Below are positions 28,923-38,521 of a stretch of DNA of 64,000 nt, piece after piece (position 1 is the first letter of the stretch; each line of letters opens with the position of its first letter). Made by a program: the position numbers and the translations under genes. This stretch comes from Bacteroidota bacterium (lineage in GTDB: Bacteria; Bacteroidota; Bacteroidia; Flavobacteriales_C; GCA-002722245). The notes under the pieces were generated by a model, which saw only the letters and a program-made list of their open reading frames with translations, did not search any database and was not told the origin of the DNA. The stretch is from contig JAPLEZ010000153.1 in NCBI GenBank assembly GCA_026390935.1, positions 73,984-137,983 on the forward strand, read 5' to 3'.

Positions 28923-29984
28923 ATGATAATTATGAATTACAAATCAACATCCATTAGAACTATAATGCTAGGCGCAATTGCCTTGAGCATTTTTGCCGCG
29001 TCTTGTAAAAAGGATACACAAGAAACAACTAAATCAGATCCTGCTGCTATAGATAATCTCTTAAGTCAACTGGATTCCGAAACGCAGTCATTTACAATTG
29101 ATCCTTCACAGCCCAACACCCTTACTGGTGCTGATGGAACCGTGATTCACATCCCAGCAAATGCTTTGGTAGATGCCAATGGTAACGTAGTGAGTGGAAA
29201 TGTAACCATCACTTTGAAAGAAATGCTTTCTATTAAAGATCAAATCACTAGCGGTTTTTCTGCTACATGCAATGACAGTATATTGAAATCGGGCGGACAG
29301 TTTTTCTTTGAAGCAAATGCCAACGGTCAAAAATTGAACGTGGCTGTAAATCAAGAAATAACTTTCGAGATTCCGGCCGAAAAAGTGGATACTACTATGC
29401 AAGTATTTATTGGAAATAATCCGAAAGGCGATGAGGACTTCACCTGGTTGCCTGCTGATGATTCTGCTAATGCGGTATTAGTAGTTGATAGTGTATGGAA
29501 TAATAAGGATACTGCATGGAACGTCGTTAATTCTTATCAACCAGCTTATGGATTGGAGTTTGAATTGGGTAAGTATATCATGAAAGTGTCTGATTTATAT
29601 TACACATCTTATTTCAACGTTGATCAATTTATTGATTATGCTACCTATCAAGGTTGGGTAAGCGCGATGCCATGCACAATCACCGCAACAGGCAACACAG
29701 AAGAAGAATCTATCGATTTCACTGTGAAATTAGTGTATAAAAAATATGGCGCTTCTGAATTCTTTACCAATCAAGGTGTGGTAGTTAAAAGTACGAACAT
29801 GACTGTTAATGATGAATTTCCTGTAGGAGAAGATGTGGTAGTGTTAGTGATTGGAATAGGACAAAAATCGAAGAAGACCTATTTTGGAAAAAGCGCATTT
29901 AAAATCGCAAATGAATCAGCACCAACTATCAATGTTAGCTCAATGAGCGATGCTGAATTGTTGACGGCGTTAGATAATTTGTAA
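28923..29984 (+). CDS. Surface lipoprotein of unknown function, paralog 3
   Basis: Lipobox AASC-KKD; same family motifs; alternative start ATG 28932. Confidence 0.87.
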   Translation: MIIMNYKSTSIRTIMLGAIALSIFAASCKKDTQETTKSDPAAIDNLLSQLDSETQSFTIDPSQPNTLTGADGTVIHIPANALVDANGNVVSGNVTITLKEMLSIKDQITSGFSATCNDSILKSGGQFFFEANANGQKLNVAVNQEITFEIPAEKVDTTMQVFIGNNPKGDEDFTWLPADDSANAVLVVDSVWNNKDTAWNVVNSYQPAYGLEFELGKYIMKVSDLYYTSYFNVDQFIDYATYQGWVSAMPCTITATGNTEEESIDFTVKLVYKKYGASEFFTNQGVVVKSTNMTVNDEFPVGEDVVVLVIGIGQKSKKTYFGKSAFKIANESAPTINVSSMSDAELLTALDNL

Positions 29985-31022
29985 GATTTTTTGTTGGATA
30001 AGTTTGGCCTGCTTCATTTTTTTGAAGTGGGCCTTTCTTTTGGAGAGGATTTTTATTATTTCGTTCATTATTTCATTTCTTTCTTCTTCATTTAATCCGG
30101 GAGGAAGATAAAGACAGCGTTCACTGCCTTTTAAGATATTTTGTTGCTGCAATTTTTTTAGTGCCCTGTTACAGCCAAAATTATTCAGCCATAAAATGCT
30201 CCCAAAATTATTCATCAGTCCGAAAGGAAATTTGTTTTTTAGTTTTTTGTTGAGCGACTCGCAAAGTTCGGTGCCTTGTGCGTTCCATTCTAAAAAAGAG
30301 CGATGAGCGGTGTTGTTTAAATTCTCTGTAATTTTTTTGCAAGCTAACAATCCTTCTGCCTTAGGAGCAAATGTTCCGGGTAGGAAAGCTTCATCAAAAA
30401 AATCGGGAGAGTGGGCTAAGGCACCGAGGGGAATGCCAAGGGAAAGATTTTCACCAAGCAACAGGGCGTCTGCTTGAAATTGAAAAATAAAATTAAGCCC
30501 TTTTTGATGAATGCGTGCGATAGTTTTTCTTTCGTCGAGAAAGAAAGGAATATCGCTCCCGGAACATAATGTCCTAAGAGAGTGGATCCTTTGATTGTAA
30601 TCAACTGATTTTTGGATCAGCAACAAAGGATCAAGAATTAAGGCAGCCACTTCGCTGGTTCTTTCAGAAAGAAAGGCCTTTGCGCCACGCAGCTGATATA
30701 TATAGGAAAAGTTAGGCTGGGAGAATTTTTGAGGAAAACCCAAATACAAAATTTTTTTGTTGGGTTCTTTCTTCTTGTAGTACTCACTTAAAAATTGGAA
30801 GGTGCTTTTTTCTGATCGGAAAAATGAAGTGCTTTCAAATCCTGTAATTGTTGTTAATGCGCTTTCATTCTCTCGAATCAATGAGGAGACTTTGCCTTCG
30901 ATATGTCCGATTTCTAAATTTTGCTGAATGAAATTTTTGATGTCTCGTTCTGAAGGAAGAAAATTCTTTCGCTCCTGCTTCTGACGATTTAATACTGATG
31001 TATTTGTTTTTTGATCTTTCAT
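29970..31022 (-). CDS. Degenerate class-III aminotransferase (HemL/PKS-AMT)-like protein lacking the PLP lysine
   Basis: ALILDP, FLDERKT, ADALLLGENLSLGIPLGAL and PGTF parallel the class-III pattern EP, IFDEV.TGFR, D..T.GK..GGG.P.GA and GTF. Confidence 0.62.
   Translation of the reverse strand: MKDQKTNTSVLNRQKQERKNFLPSERDIKNFIQQNLEIGHIEGKVSSLIRENESALTTITGFESTSFFRSEKSTFQFLSEYYKKKEPNKKILYLGFPQKFSQPNFSYIYQLRGAKAFLSERTSEVAALILDPLLLIQKSVDYNQRIHSLRTLCSGSDIPFFLDERKTIARIHQKGLNFIFQFQADALLLGENLSLGIPLGALAHSPDFFDEAFLPGTFAPKAEGLLACKKITENLNNTAHRSFLEWNAQGTELCESLNKKLKNKFPFGLMNNFGSILWLNNFGCNRALKKLQQQNILKGSERCLYLPPGLNEEERNEIMNEIIKILSKRKAHFKKMKQAKLIQQKILQII
30006..30040 (+). terminator. Terminator copy 3, inside the 3' end of the antisense ORF
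   Basis: ggcctgcttca-tttttt-tgaagtgggcc-tttcttt, homologous to copies 1 and 2. Confidence 0.7.
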
Positions 31023-31120
31023 TCGTGCTCAATAGAGTGAGGCAAAAATGAAGGATAGGCTGTGAAAATTTATATTGATTTTTTCAAACGATGGGAATTG
31101 TTTTGCGGAAAATGCAAAAA

Positions 31121-33064
31121 TTAATTTCTCCCCAAAATCGCCGACAATTGTTTCTTAGCTTCATTGTACAACATCAATTCTTGTATGTCATTGTCGTTGG
31201 ATTGCTCTTTTATTTTGAGTTGCAATTCGTGAATGTTGCGTTGAACGGTGGCGAGTTTTAATCGGTTTACTGCGGTTTCTACAGCGGTAGTTAGCAAATC
31301 ATCTTCTCTGATAACCGTGATATGGTGTTGCTCCCAATTGTTGAGTTCGTACTTAAATTCCATCAGGTTGATGATGGCATTGTTGATTTCCATGTCCTGA
31401 GAATTCAAAAAATGTTTTTCATCAGGAACAGTGTTGTTCACCAATTGCTTTTTGTATTCGTTGTAAATGGCTTGGTAAACGGGATTTTCAAAGGTGATGT
31501 TGTCTTCGTCTAAGGCACTCGTAATAAATTCTGCGATGTGAATATTTATTTCTTCTTCATTCTCTCCATCAATTTGTATGCTGTGATGACCATATTGCAA
31601 AAGAATACGAATGAGTTCATTTTCCTGAGCTTTCAGAAAAAGATCTTCTTTGTTTTCGGGAACAACTACTTCTTCAATTGGAACAGAGAAAAATGGTTCA
31701 TCGCCAGCCAGTGAAACGGGCGCTGTGGTTGTTGTTTCTCCTCTTTTTTTCGCTTGATCTTTAAAATCTTTCGCGCGAATTTTATTGAGCTCGTTGATGA
31801 GTGTTTGCTCGGAAATATCCATCAATCTGCTTGTTTCCTGAGTAAAAACGGTGCGTTTGATAGGGTCGGGAATTTTAGCTACTGAGGTAACGATATCACG
31901 TATGAGTTCTGCTTTTTTAATTGGATCTCCGCCGGCTTCATCCAGTAGCACTTTACATTTAAAGTGGATGAAATCTGTTGCGTCGTCCAAATATTTTTGA
32001 AGTGCTTCCGGTGAATTTTTGCGCGAGAAAGAATCCGGGTCTTCGCCATCAGGAAAGAGAATTACTTTTACGTTCAATCCTTCTTCCAAAAACATATCAA
32101 TACCGCGGAAAGCTGCGCGGATACCTGCTGCGTCACCATCAAAGAGAACAGTCACGTTTTCTGTAAATCTCTTGATGAGCTTAATTTGTTCTGCTGTCAA
32201 CGCGGTTCCCGATGAAGCTACTGCATTTTCCACTCCCGCCTGATGCAAGGAAATAACATCCGTGTAGCCTTCAACGAGCAAACATCTGTCGTTTTTTATA
32301 ATGGATTTTTTCGCCTGAAAAATTCCATAAAGGACTTTGCTTTTATGGTAAATGTCGGTTTCCGGACTGTTTACATACTTGGGAACTGTTTTGTCCTTTT
32401 TGAGTGTTCTTCCGCCGAAACCAATGATTCGTCCCGATAAATTGTGAATCGGAAACATTACTCTCGCCGCAAATCGATCGTTGAGATAATCGCCTTTTTC
32501 CAAAATAATTCCTGATTTCAGCAACAACTCCTTTTTATATCCCTTCGCTAATGCCCGTCCGGCCAAGAAATTCCTGTCTTCCGGACTATATCCCAGCTCA
32601 AATTTCTTGATCGTATCCAAAGTGAAACCTCTTTCTTTGAAATAACTCATTCCTATTGCGCGACCTTCCTGCAGTTCGGTAATGTTTTCTTTGTACAAAT
32701 TTCCCGCAAACTGATGGATGAGGTACAGTGCCTCCCGTTCGTTTTCCAGTTGAACTTGTTCCGGACTTTGTTCTTCTTCCTGAATTTCAATGTTGTACTT
32801 TTTGGCCAGGAATTTCAGTGCTTCAGGATAGGTGAAATGCTCGTGTTCCATCAAAAAGGTAACAACACTTCCTCCTTTGCCCGAACTAAAGCATTTAAAG
32901 ATTTGTTTTGCCGGTGAAACGTAGAAGGACGGTGACTTTTCTTCGGTAAATGGGCTAAGGCCCTTAAAATTACTCCCCGACTTTTTTAAGTTCACAAATT
33001 CACCAATCACCTCCTCGATGCGGGATTCTTCAAATATCTTATCTATGGTTTCCTTTGGAATCAC
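31121..33064 (-). CDS. dnaG: DNA primase
   Basis: N-terminal domain SPF.EKSPSF and FKCF; GFGGR; KYVNSPET; TOPRIM VEGYTD, DGD.AG and DPD. Confidence 0.97.
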   Translation of the reverse strand: MIPKETIDKIFEESRIEEVIGEFVNLKKSGSNFKGLSPFTEEKSPSFYVSPAKQIFKCFSSGKGGSVVTFLMEHEHFTYPEALKFLAKKYNIEIQEEEQSPEQVQLENEREALYLIHQFAGNLYKENITELQEGRAIGMSYFKERGFTLDTIKKFELGYSPEDRNFLAGRALAKGYKKELLLKSGIILEKGDYLNDRFAARVMFPIHNLSGRIIGFGGRTLKKDKTVPKYVNSPETDIYHKSKVLYGIFQAKKSIIKNDRCLLVEGYTDVISLHQAGVENAVASSGTALTAEQIKLIKRFTENVTVLFDGDAAGIRAAFRGIDMFLEEGLNVKVILFPDGEDPDSFSRKNSPEALQKYLDDATDFIHFKCKVLLDEAGGDPIKKAELIRDIVTSVAKIPDPIKRTVFTQETSRLMDISEQTLINELNKIRAKDFKDQAKKRGETTTTAPVSLAGDEPFFSVPIEEVVVPENKEDLFLKAQENELIRILLQYGHHSIQIDGENEEEINIHIAEFITSALDEDNITFENPVYQAIYNEYKKQLVNNTVPDEKHFLNSQDMEINNAIINLMEFKYELNNWEQHHITVIREDDLLTTAVETAVNRLKLATVQRNIHELQLKIKEQSNDNDIQELMLYNEAKKQLSAILGRN

Positions 33065-33131
33065 TTGTTAAAAATAGAAAGATTCGGCCTGAATTGAAAG
33101 GGTTTTGTTTTATCTCACTACCTTTAGGGCC

Positions 33132-34172
33132 ATGAGCGCCGAAAAGAAAAATATAAGGAGTCTGTCAATAGACGAATTGAAAGAGGAATTAAACTCTTTT
33201 GGGGAGAAGGCTTTTCGCGCAAAACAAATTTATGAGTGGTTGTGGAAGAAGTCGGTGACTTCCATTGATCAAATGACCAGTTTATCCATTCCCCTAAGGA
33301 ATCAGCTCAATGAAAAATTCACCATTCCGGCGGTGAAAGTCCATAAATGCCAAATCAGTAAAGATCGAACCATCAAAAATGCTTTTCAATTGCACGATGG
33401 TTATATAGTGGAAGGTGTATTAATTCCTACAGATTCAAGGATGACCGCCTGTATTTCTTCGCAGGTAGGTTGCAGCTTAACTTGTAAGTTTTGTGCTACT
33501 GGTCGCATGAAAAGAGAGCGAAATATTGAATTTGATGAGATTTACGATCAAGTGGTTTTGATTAAGAATCAGGCCATGGAAAAATACAATACTCCTTTGA
33601 CTAATATTGTATACATGGGAATGGGAGAGCCTTTGCTGAATTATAAAAACACTTTGGCATCGATTGAAAAGATCACCTCTCCTGAAGGTTTGGGGATGTC
33701 GCCACAGCGCATCACAGTATCTACAGCAGGTGTAGCCAAAATGATACAAAAATTGGGAGATGATGAGGTGAAATTCCATCTCGCCCTATCGTTACACGCC
33801 GCCAATGATGAGAAAAGAAACAAGATTATGCCCATCAATGAGCAAAACTCCTTGGAATCCTTGGCTCAGTCACTAAAGTATTTTTACGAGAAAACCGGCA
33901 CGCGTCCGACTTTTGAATTCATTGTCTTTAAAGACTTTAACGACAGCGTTGAAGATGCAGCTGATTTAGCCAAATTCGCTAAAAATGTTCCGTGTAAAAT
34001 CAATATCATAGAATACAATCCTATTGAGGACGGGGAATTCCAACAAACCACCCCAGAGCGTTTAACCCGTTTTGCTGCTCATTTGGAAAGCAAAAATTTG
34101 GTGGTTAATATCCGTAGAAGTCGAGGAAAAGATATAGATGCAGCCTGTGGCCAACTCGCCAACAAGCACTGA
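33132..34172 (+). CDS. rlmN: 23S rRNA/tRNA m2A methyltransferase RlmN (radical SAM)
   Basis: CISSQVGCSLTCKFCATG, MGMGEPL and DIDAACGQL; ATG 33132. Confidence 0.97.
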   Translation: MSAEKKNIRSLSIDELKEELNSFGEKAFRAKQIYEWLWKKSVTSIDQMTSLSIPLRNQLNEKFTIPAVKVHKCQISKDRTIKNAFQLHDGYIVEGVLIPTDSRMTACISSQVGCSLTCKFCATGRMKRERNIEFDEIYDQVVLIKNQAMEKYNTPLTNIVYMGMGEPLLNYKNTLASIEKITSPEGLGMSPQRITVSTAGVAKMIQKLGDDEVKFHLALSLHAANDEKRNKIMPINEQNSLESLAQSLKYFYEKTGTRPTFEFIVFKDFNDSVEDAADLAKFAKNVPCKINIIEYNPIEDGEFQQTTPERLTRFAAHLESKNLVVNIRRSRGKDIDAACGQLANKH

Positions 34173-34279
34173 TTATAAAAAATATTCATCTGACAGTAAG
34201 TTCGTTGCAAATTATTTACATAGTTTTGTAACCATGGGTCTTTCTTCTCCGTACGGAGGCATCCCTAAACTTAACTTGT

Positions 34280-35299
34280 ATGAAAAATCGTATTTTAATT
34301 GCCTTACTATTTAGCGCCTTTTATTGTAATGCCGCAGATTATTGGTCAATAAGTACAAACACTTGGTCAAACACCGATGGTGGAGCAGATTGTTTGTGTT
34401 CCCCTGGGAACTTAACCACAGGAGATAATGTGTATGTGAAGCATTATATTGATAGTCCGGTAATGACTTTATCGGGTACTCCATCAGTTACAATTTATAG
34501 TGCTGGTCGCTGGACTTTAACCGGAGGAGCTATGGACATTAATGCCGGCTCTTGGACAATCAATTCAGGCGGAACTTTAAAAGTTAGTGATGGTGATTTG
34601 ACAAGTGGTGGCTTTACTACATTTGCTATTAATGGCAGGTTGGAAGCAGTAAATTTGACAAACAGCGGAGCTATCACTGGGGCGGGAATCATATCTTACA
34701 GTGGTGGTTTGGTGAATACAGGGACCATTGCTCCCTTGACTGCTTTGCCTGTTTCTTTGATTGATTTCAATGCGACACAAAGTAGTGGGGTTGCAGAAAT
34801 AAAATGGTCAACAGCTTCAGAAATTAGTAGCGATTATTTTACTGTTCTGCGTTCAACAAACGCTACCGATTTTGAGTCGGTAGCAATAGTGAAAGCCCAA
34901 GGTAATAGTGAGTTTATTGTGAATTATTCTTGCATAGATCAATTGCCGGTAACAGACCTAGTGTATTATCAATTGCTAGAAACAGACATTAATGGCAGTA
35001 CTCAAAAATCAAAGATCATTGCTTTGCAGCTGCAAGGGAGTTTGGATCTTGCGTCACGTGTTTATCCAAATCCAGCAGTGGAAGAAACCAATGTGATTTT
35101 TTCCACAGTAAAGGCAGGGTTTTATAAATTACAATTATCAAATGTTGATGGTCAAATTCTCTATGCTGGCTCTACGTATGCTTTAGAGGGAGAAAATAGT
35201 GTGGTAATTTCTTTGGGTGAGTATACTGACAATTTTTATGTGCTCACATTGAGTAATTCTGATAATGTTAGTTCTCGTGTTCAAATTGTAAAAAAATAG
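34280..35299 (+). CDS. T9SS type-A cargo of unknown function (Gly/Thr-rich N-domain plus Ig-like domain)
   Basis: Signal peptide; LPVSL..F, WSTASE and YYQL Ig-like domain; VYPNPA CTD. Confidence 0.85.
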   Translation: MKNRILIALLFSAFYCNAADYWSISTNTWSNTDGGADCLCSPGNLTTGDNVYVKHYIDSPVMTLSGTPSVTIYSAGRWTLTGGAMDINAGSWTINSGGTLKVSDGDLTSGGFTTFAINGRLEAVNLTNSGAITGAGIISYSGGLVNTGTIAPLTALPVSLIDFNATQSSGVAEIKWSTASEISSDYFTVLRSTNATDFESVAIVKAQGNSEFIVNYSCIDQLPVTDLVYYQLLETDINGSTQKSKIIALQLQGSLDLASRVYPNPAVEETNVIFSTVKAGFYKLQLSNVDGQILYAGSTYALEGENSVVISLGEYTDNFYVLTLSNSDNVSSRVQIVKK

Positions 35300-35348
35300 G
35301 ACTTCCTGTTCGTTTTGTTTGCTGGTGATTTTGTACTTTCACCTTTCA

Positions 35349-36326
35349 TTGGCAACAATACAATCCATACAGGCACCCATCTTGAAAGAGATGGATTTGT
35401 TTGAAAAAACTTTCAAACAATCAATGAAGAGTTCAACGCCCTTGTTGGATAAAATCACGTATTTTATTGTAAAGCAAAAAGGAAAGCATGTTCGTCCGAT
35501 GTTTGTGTTTTTAACTGCCAATTTGTGTGGTGGAATAACAGAGCGAACATATAGAGCTGCCGGCCTCATTGAAATGATACATACCGCTACTTTGGTGCAC
35601 GACGATGTGGTGGATGACGCGAATTTGCGCAGAGGATTTTTTTCAATTAATGCCCTTTGGAAAAATAAAATTGCGGTATTGGTAGGCGATTATCTGCTCT
35701 CTAAGAGTTTGCAATTGTCTGCTGATAATGATGATCTCGATTTTCTCAAAATTCTTTCGGCTACCACCAAGGAAATGAGTGAAGGAGAATTGTTGCAAAT
35801 TGAAAAAGCACGGCGTTTGGACATTGATGAAGCTGTGTATTTTGAAATCATTCGTCAGAAAACAGCCACGTTAATAGCTTCCTGTTGTGCGTGTGGTGCT
35901 GCATCTGCAGGAGCCAACAGCGAATTGGTTTTAAAGATGAAATTGCTAGGTGAAAAAATAGGCATTGCTTTTCAAATCAAAGATGATTTGTTTGATTATG
36001 AAGCACAGTCCAGTATTTTAGGAAAACCTGTGGGTATCGATATTAAGGAAAAGAAGATGACCTTGCCTTTAATTCATGTATTGAGTAAAGCACCGCGCAG
36101 TGAAAAAAAGTGGATCATCAACATCATGAAAAATCACAATGAGGATTCTAAAAAAGTGAAAGAGCTTATTCAATATGTAAAAGACAAGGGAGGCATTGAA
36201 TATGCAACACAAAAGATGATGCTCTATAAAAAATCAGCCATTGATATTTTACATACCTTTCCAGATACCGATTCACGTGCATCTTTTATTGATTTGATTA
36301 TTTTTACTACCGAAAGAACAAAATGA
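35349..36326 (+). CDS. ispB: Polyprenyl (octaprenyl-type) diphosphate synthase
   Basis: GKHVRP, HDDVVD....RRG, KTA and FQIKDDLFD; start probably TTG 35349. Confidence 0.9.
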   Translation: MATIQSIQAPILKEMDLFEKTFKQSMKSSTPLLDKITYFIVKQKGKHVRPMFVFLTANLCGGITERTYRAAGLIEMIHTATLVHDDVVDDANLRRGFFSINALWKNKIAVLVGDYLLSKSLQLSADNDDLDFLKILSATTKEMSEGELLQIEKARRLDIDEAVYFEIIRQKTATLIASCCACGAASAGANSELVLKMKLLGEKIGIAFQIKDDLFDYEAQSSILGKPVGIDIKEKKMTLPLIHVLSKAPRSEKKWIINIMKNHNEDSKKVKELIQYVKDKGGIEYATQKMMLYKKSAIDILHTFPDTDSRASFIDLIIFTTERTK

Positions 36327-37129
36327 TGAGCAAAATCAGTAAGTTGATAAAAGGAATCGCTGCTTTGCTAAAGCAGCCTTATCTTTTGAATCTTGTGCTT
36401 GAATCATCGGAATACCATCAAAAAATTATACAAAAAAAGTATCCTGAAATTGCCCAGGGATTGCCACAAATTTCATTTTTGGACATTACACATAAAAAGC
36501 AAATTTCAGTTTCTCCATTTGCTTTTTTAGAAGGCGGATCTTTATCCACTGATCTTGGATTATTAAAGATTTTAGCAGAAAAGAAATCAAATACTTCTTA
36601 TTTTGAAATTGGTACCTGGAGAGGAGAAAGCGTTGCCAATGTTGCTGCTGTTGCTGAAAAATGCTATACGCTAAATCTTTCTGCTGAAGAAATGCAGCGC
36701 ATGGGTTTGGCGCAACGATATATTGATTTACATGGATTTTATTCAAAAAATTTATCCAATGTATCTCATTTGAATGGCCATTCACACTCTTTTGATTTTG
36801 CTCCATATCATAAAAAAATGGATTTGGTTTTTATTGATGGCGATCATCATTACGATAGTGTTTTAAAAGATACGCAAACTGCTTTTTCCTTGCTAAAAGA
36901 TGATAACTCTATCATAGTATGGCACGATTACACTAACGGACCAGAAACCATTCGTTGGGAAGTTTTTCGTGGTATTTGGGAAGCCACTCCTCACGATAAA
37001 AGAAAGCATTTGTATAAGGTAGCCAATACGCAATGTGCGGTGTATTATCCATTTTCAGTGCCTTCAAAAATTGCTAAATACCCCGAAACTCCTGCCATTG
37101 AGTTCAAAGTCGATATGACTTTTCATTGA
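36323..37129 (+). CDS. Class I SAM-dependent methyltransferase (Methyltransf_24-like)
   Basis: FEIGTWRG, DLVFIDGDH and IVWHDY motifs. Confidence 0.88.
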   Translation: MMSKISKLIKGIAALLKQPYLLNLVLESSEYHQKIIQKKYPEIAQGLPQISFLDITHKKQISVSPFAFLEGGSLSTDLGLLKILAEKKSNTSYFEIGTWRGESVANVAAVAEKCYTLNLSAEEMQRMGLAQRYIDLHGFYSKNLSNVSHLNGHSHSFDFAPYHKKMDLVFIDGDHHYDSVLKDTQTAFSLLKDDNSIIVWHDYTNGPETIRWEVFRGIWEATPHDKRKHLYKVANTQCAVYYPFSVPSKIAKYPETPAIEFKVDMTFH

Positions 37130-37234
37130 TCCCTCCCGCCGAATTTTATAACAAATCTGCTCTAAAGTATAACAACTTGGGTTGATTTTGCCGCGTTCTT
37201 CGATTGCAACACTTTCATCTAAAATTTTGCAATC

Positions 37235-37765
37235 TTGAACTTTGAAGCACTATATCATCAACACAAGCGCATGGTTTACAACCTTGCTTTGAGTTATCTT
37301 CAAAATCATGAAGATGCTCAGGAGGTCACGCAGGATGTTTTCGTGTCGGTACATCAATCCATTGAAGGGTTTAATAAGCAGTCGACATTCAGCACGTGGA
37401 TTTACAGAATCACCATCAACAAAGCGCTGGATTTTATTCGTGCTAAAAACAGAAAAAAACGCTTTGCATTTTTCTCTTCTCTGTTTCATGAAAATAGCGG
37501 TGAAGTTAAATATGAAAGTGTGGGCTTCGACCATCCCGGAGTGGAACTGGAAAACAAGGAAGCGTTGGAAAATATTTTTGCCCAAATCAACACTTTGCCA
37601 GAAAATCAGAAGACAGCATTGATCTTAAGTAAAATTGAAAAATTGTCGCAAGTGGAAGTGGCCGAAATAATGAATTTATCGGCGAAAGCTGTGGAGTCAT
37701 TGCTAGGAAGAGCAAAGGAGAATCTCATGAAAAAATTGAATGAACGAAGGATCAACGAAAATTAA
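37235..37765 (+). CDS. ECF sigma factor
   Basis: AQEVTQDVF, TWIYRI.INK.LD; LPENQK, SQ.EVAEIM and AVESLL.RAK. Confidence 0.95.
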   Translation: MNFEALYHQHKRMVYNLALSYLQNHEDAQEVTQDVFVSVHQSIEGFNKQSTFSTWIYRITINKALDFIRAKNRKKRFAFFSSLFHENSGEVKYESVGFDHPGVELENKEALENIFAQINTLPENQKTALILSKIEKLSQVEVAEIMNLSAKAVESLLGRAKENLMKKLNERRINEN

Positions 37766-37773
37766 TCGTCTAA
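37745..37773 (+). promoter_or_regulatory. Putative ECF promoter CGAAGGAT-N14-CGTCTAA
   Basis: Exact motif and spacing repeated at 38522-38550; CGTC is a typical ECF -10. Confidence 0.75.
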
Positions 37774-37791
37774 ATGTAAAGAGCCGTATTT

Positions 37792-38064
37792 ATGGAAAAA
37801 AATTACGAAAAATTAGACCTCTTAAATAAGATACATAAAGTGGATCCACCGCCGTTTTTGTATACGCGTATTTTACAAAAAATTGAAAGTGCGGTGGATC
37901 CATACTATAACAAAGGAATAGCGCGTAGCATAGTGCTTTCTCTTTTTGTAGTGTTGATGATAAACTTTATGGTGATAGGCGCAAGCTCAAAAAATACTGC
38001 TAATGAAAGCACTATTGTGGATGACATGAATTTAATGCCAAATAACACTTTGTATCATGAATAA
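37792..38064 (+). CDS. Putative single-TM anti-sigma factor
   Basis: 90 aa; PPPFLYTRI cytoplasmic motif and one TM; follows the sigma gene. Confidence 0.7.
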   Translation: MEKNYEKLDLLNKIHKVDPPPFLYTRILQKIESAVDPYYNKGIARSIVLSLFVVLMINFMVIGASSKNTANESTIVDDMNLMPNNTLYHE

Positions 38065-38509
38065 AGTAAAACTCCTCAGTTATATTTCAGTGGGTTTACT
38101 GCTCACTAATATTTTGGTGCTTTGCTTTTTGTTTTTTGGAAAGCCAAAACATCATGGTCCACCTAATGTTCGCGAAGAAGTGATTGAAAAATTAGACTTT
38201 AATGAAAATCAGATCTTGATTTATGATCAATTGATTCAATGGCATCAGCATGAAATTATGAAAGCAGAAAAGGAGATGCTGCGCTTGAAAACTCAGTTGT
38301 ATGTTGGATTAGCAAGTAATTCCGATGAATGTGTGAAAGATTCAATAGTTAGAGAAATTGCAAATGTTGATATTGAAATTGAAAACATTCATTATAAACA
38401 TTTTCAAGATATAAACGATTTGTGCTCTGAGGAGCAAAAGGTTAAGTTTCAGGAATTGGTGTTACAAATTTCGAATTATTTTCGACCACAAATGAAAAGG
38501 AAAAAATAA
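38057..38509 (+). CDS. Periplasmic heavy-metal sensor (CnrX/ZraP/Spy-like)
   Basis: N-terminal TM, helical domain with His clusters (KHHG, WHQHE, HYKHF), C-terminal ..EEQK.KF motif. Confidence 0.75.
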   Translation: MNKVKLLSYISVGLLLTNILVLCFLFFGKPKHHGPPNVREEVIEKLDFNENQILIYDQLIQWHQHEIMKAEKEMLRLKTQLYVGLASNSDECVKDSIVREIANVDIEIENIHYKHFQDINDLCSEEQKVKFQELVLQISNYFRPQMKRKK

Positions 38510-38521
38510 TTTAATTTCTTC

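Noticed and set aside
26514-29984. Diversity-generating retroelement, shufflon or integron explanation for the lipoprotein array
   Set aside because: No reverse transcriptase, recombinase, template/variable repeat pair or attC-like sites were seen; the divergence looks like ordinary tandem duplication.
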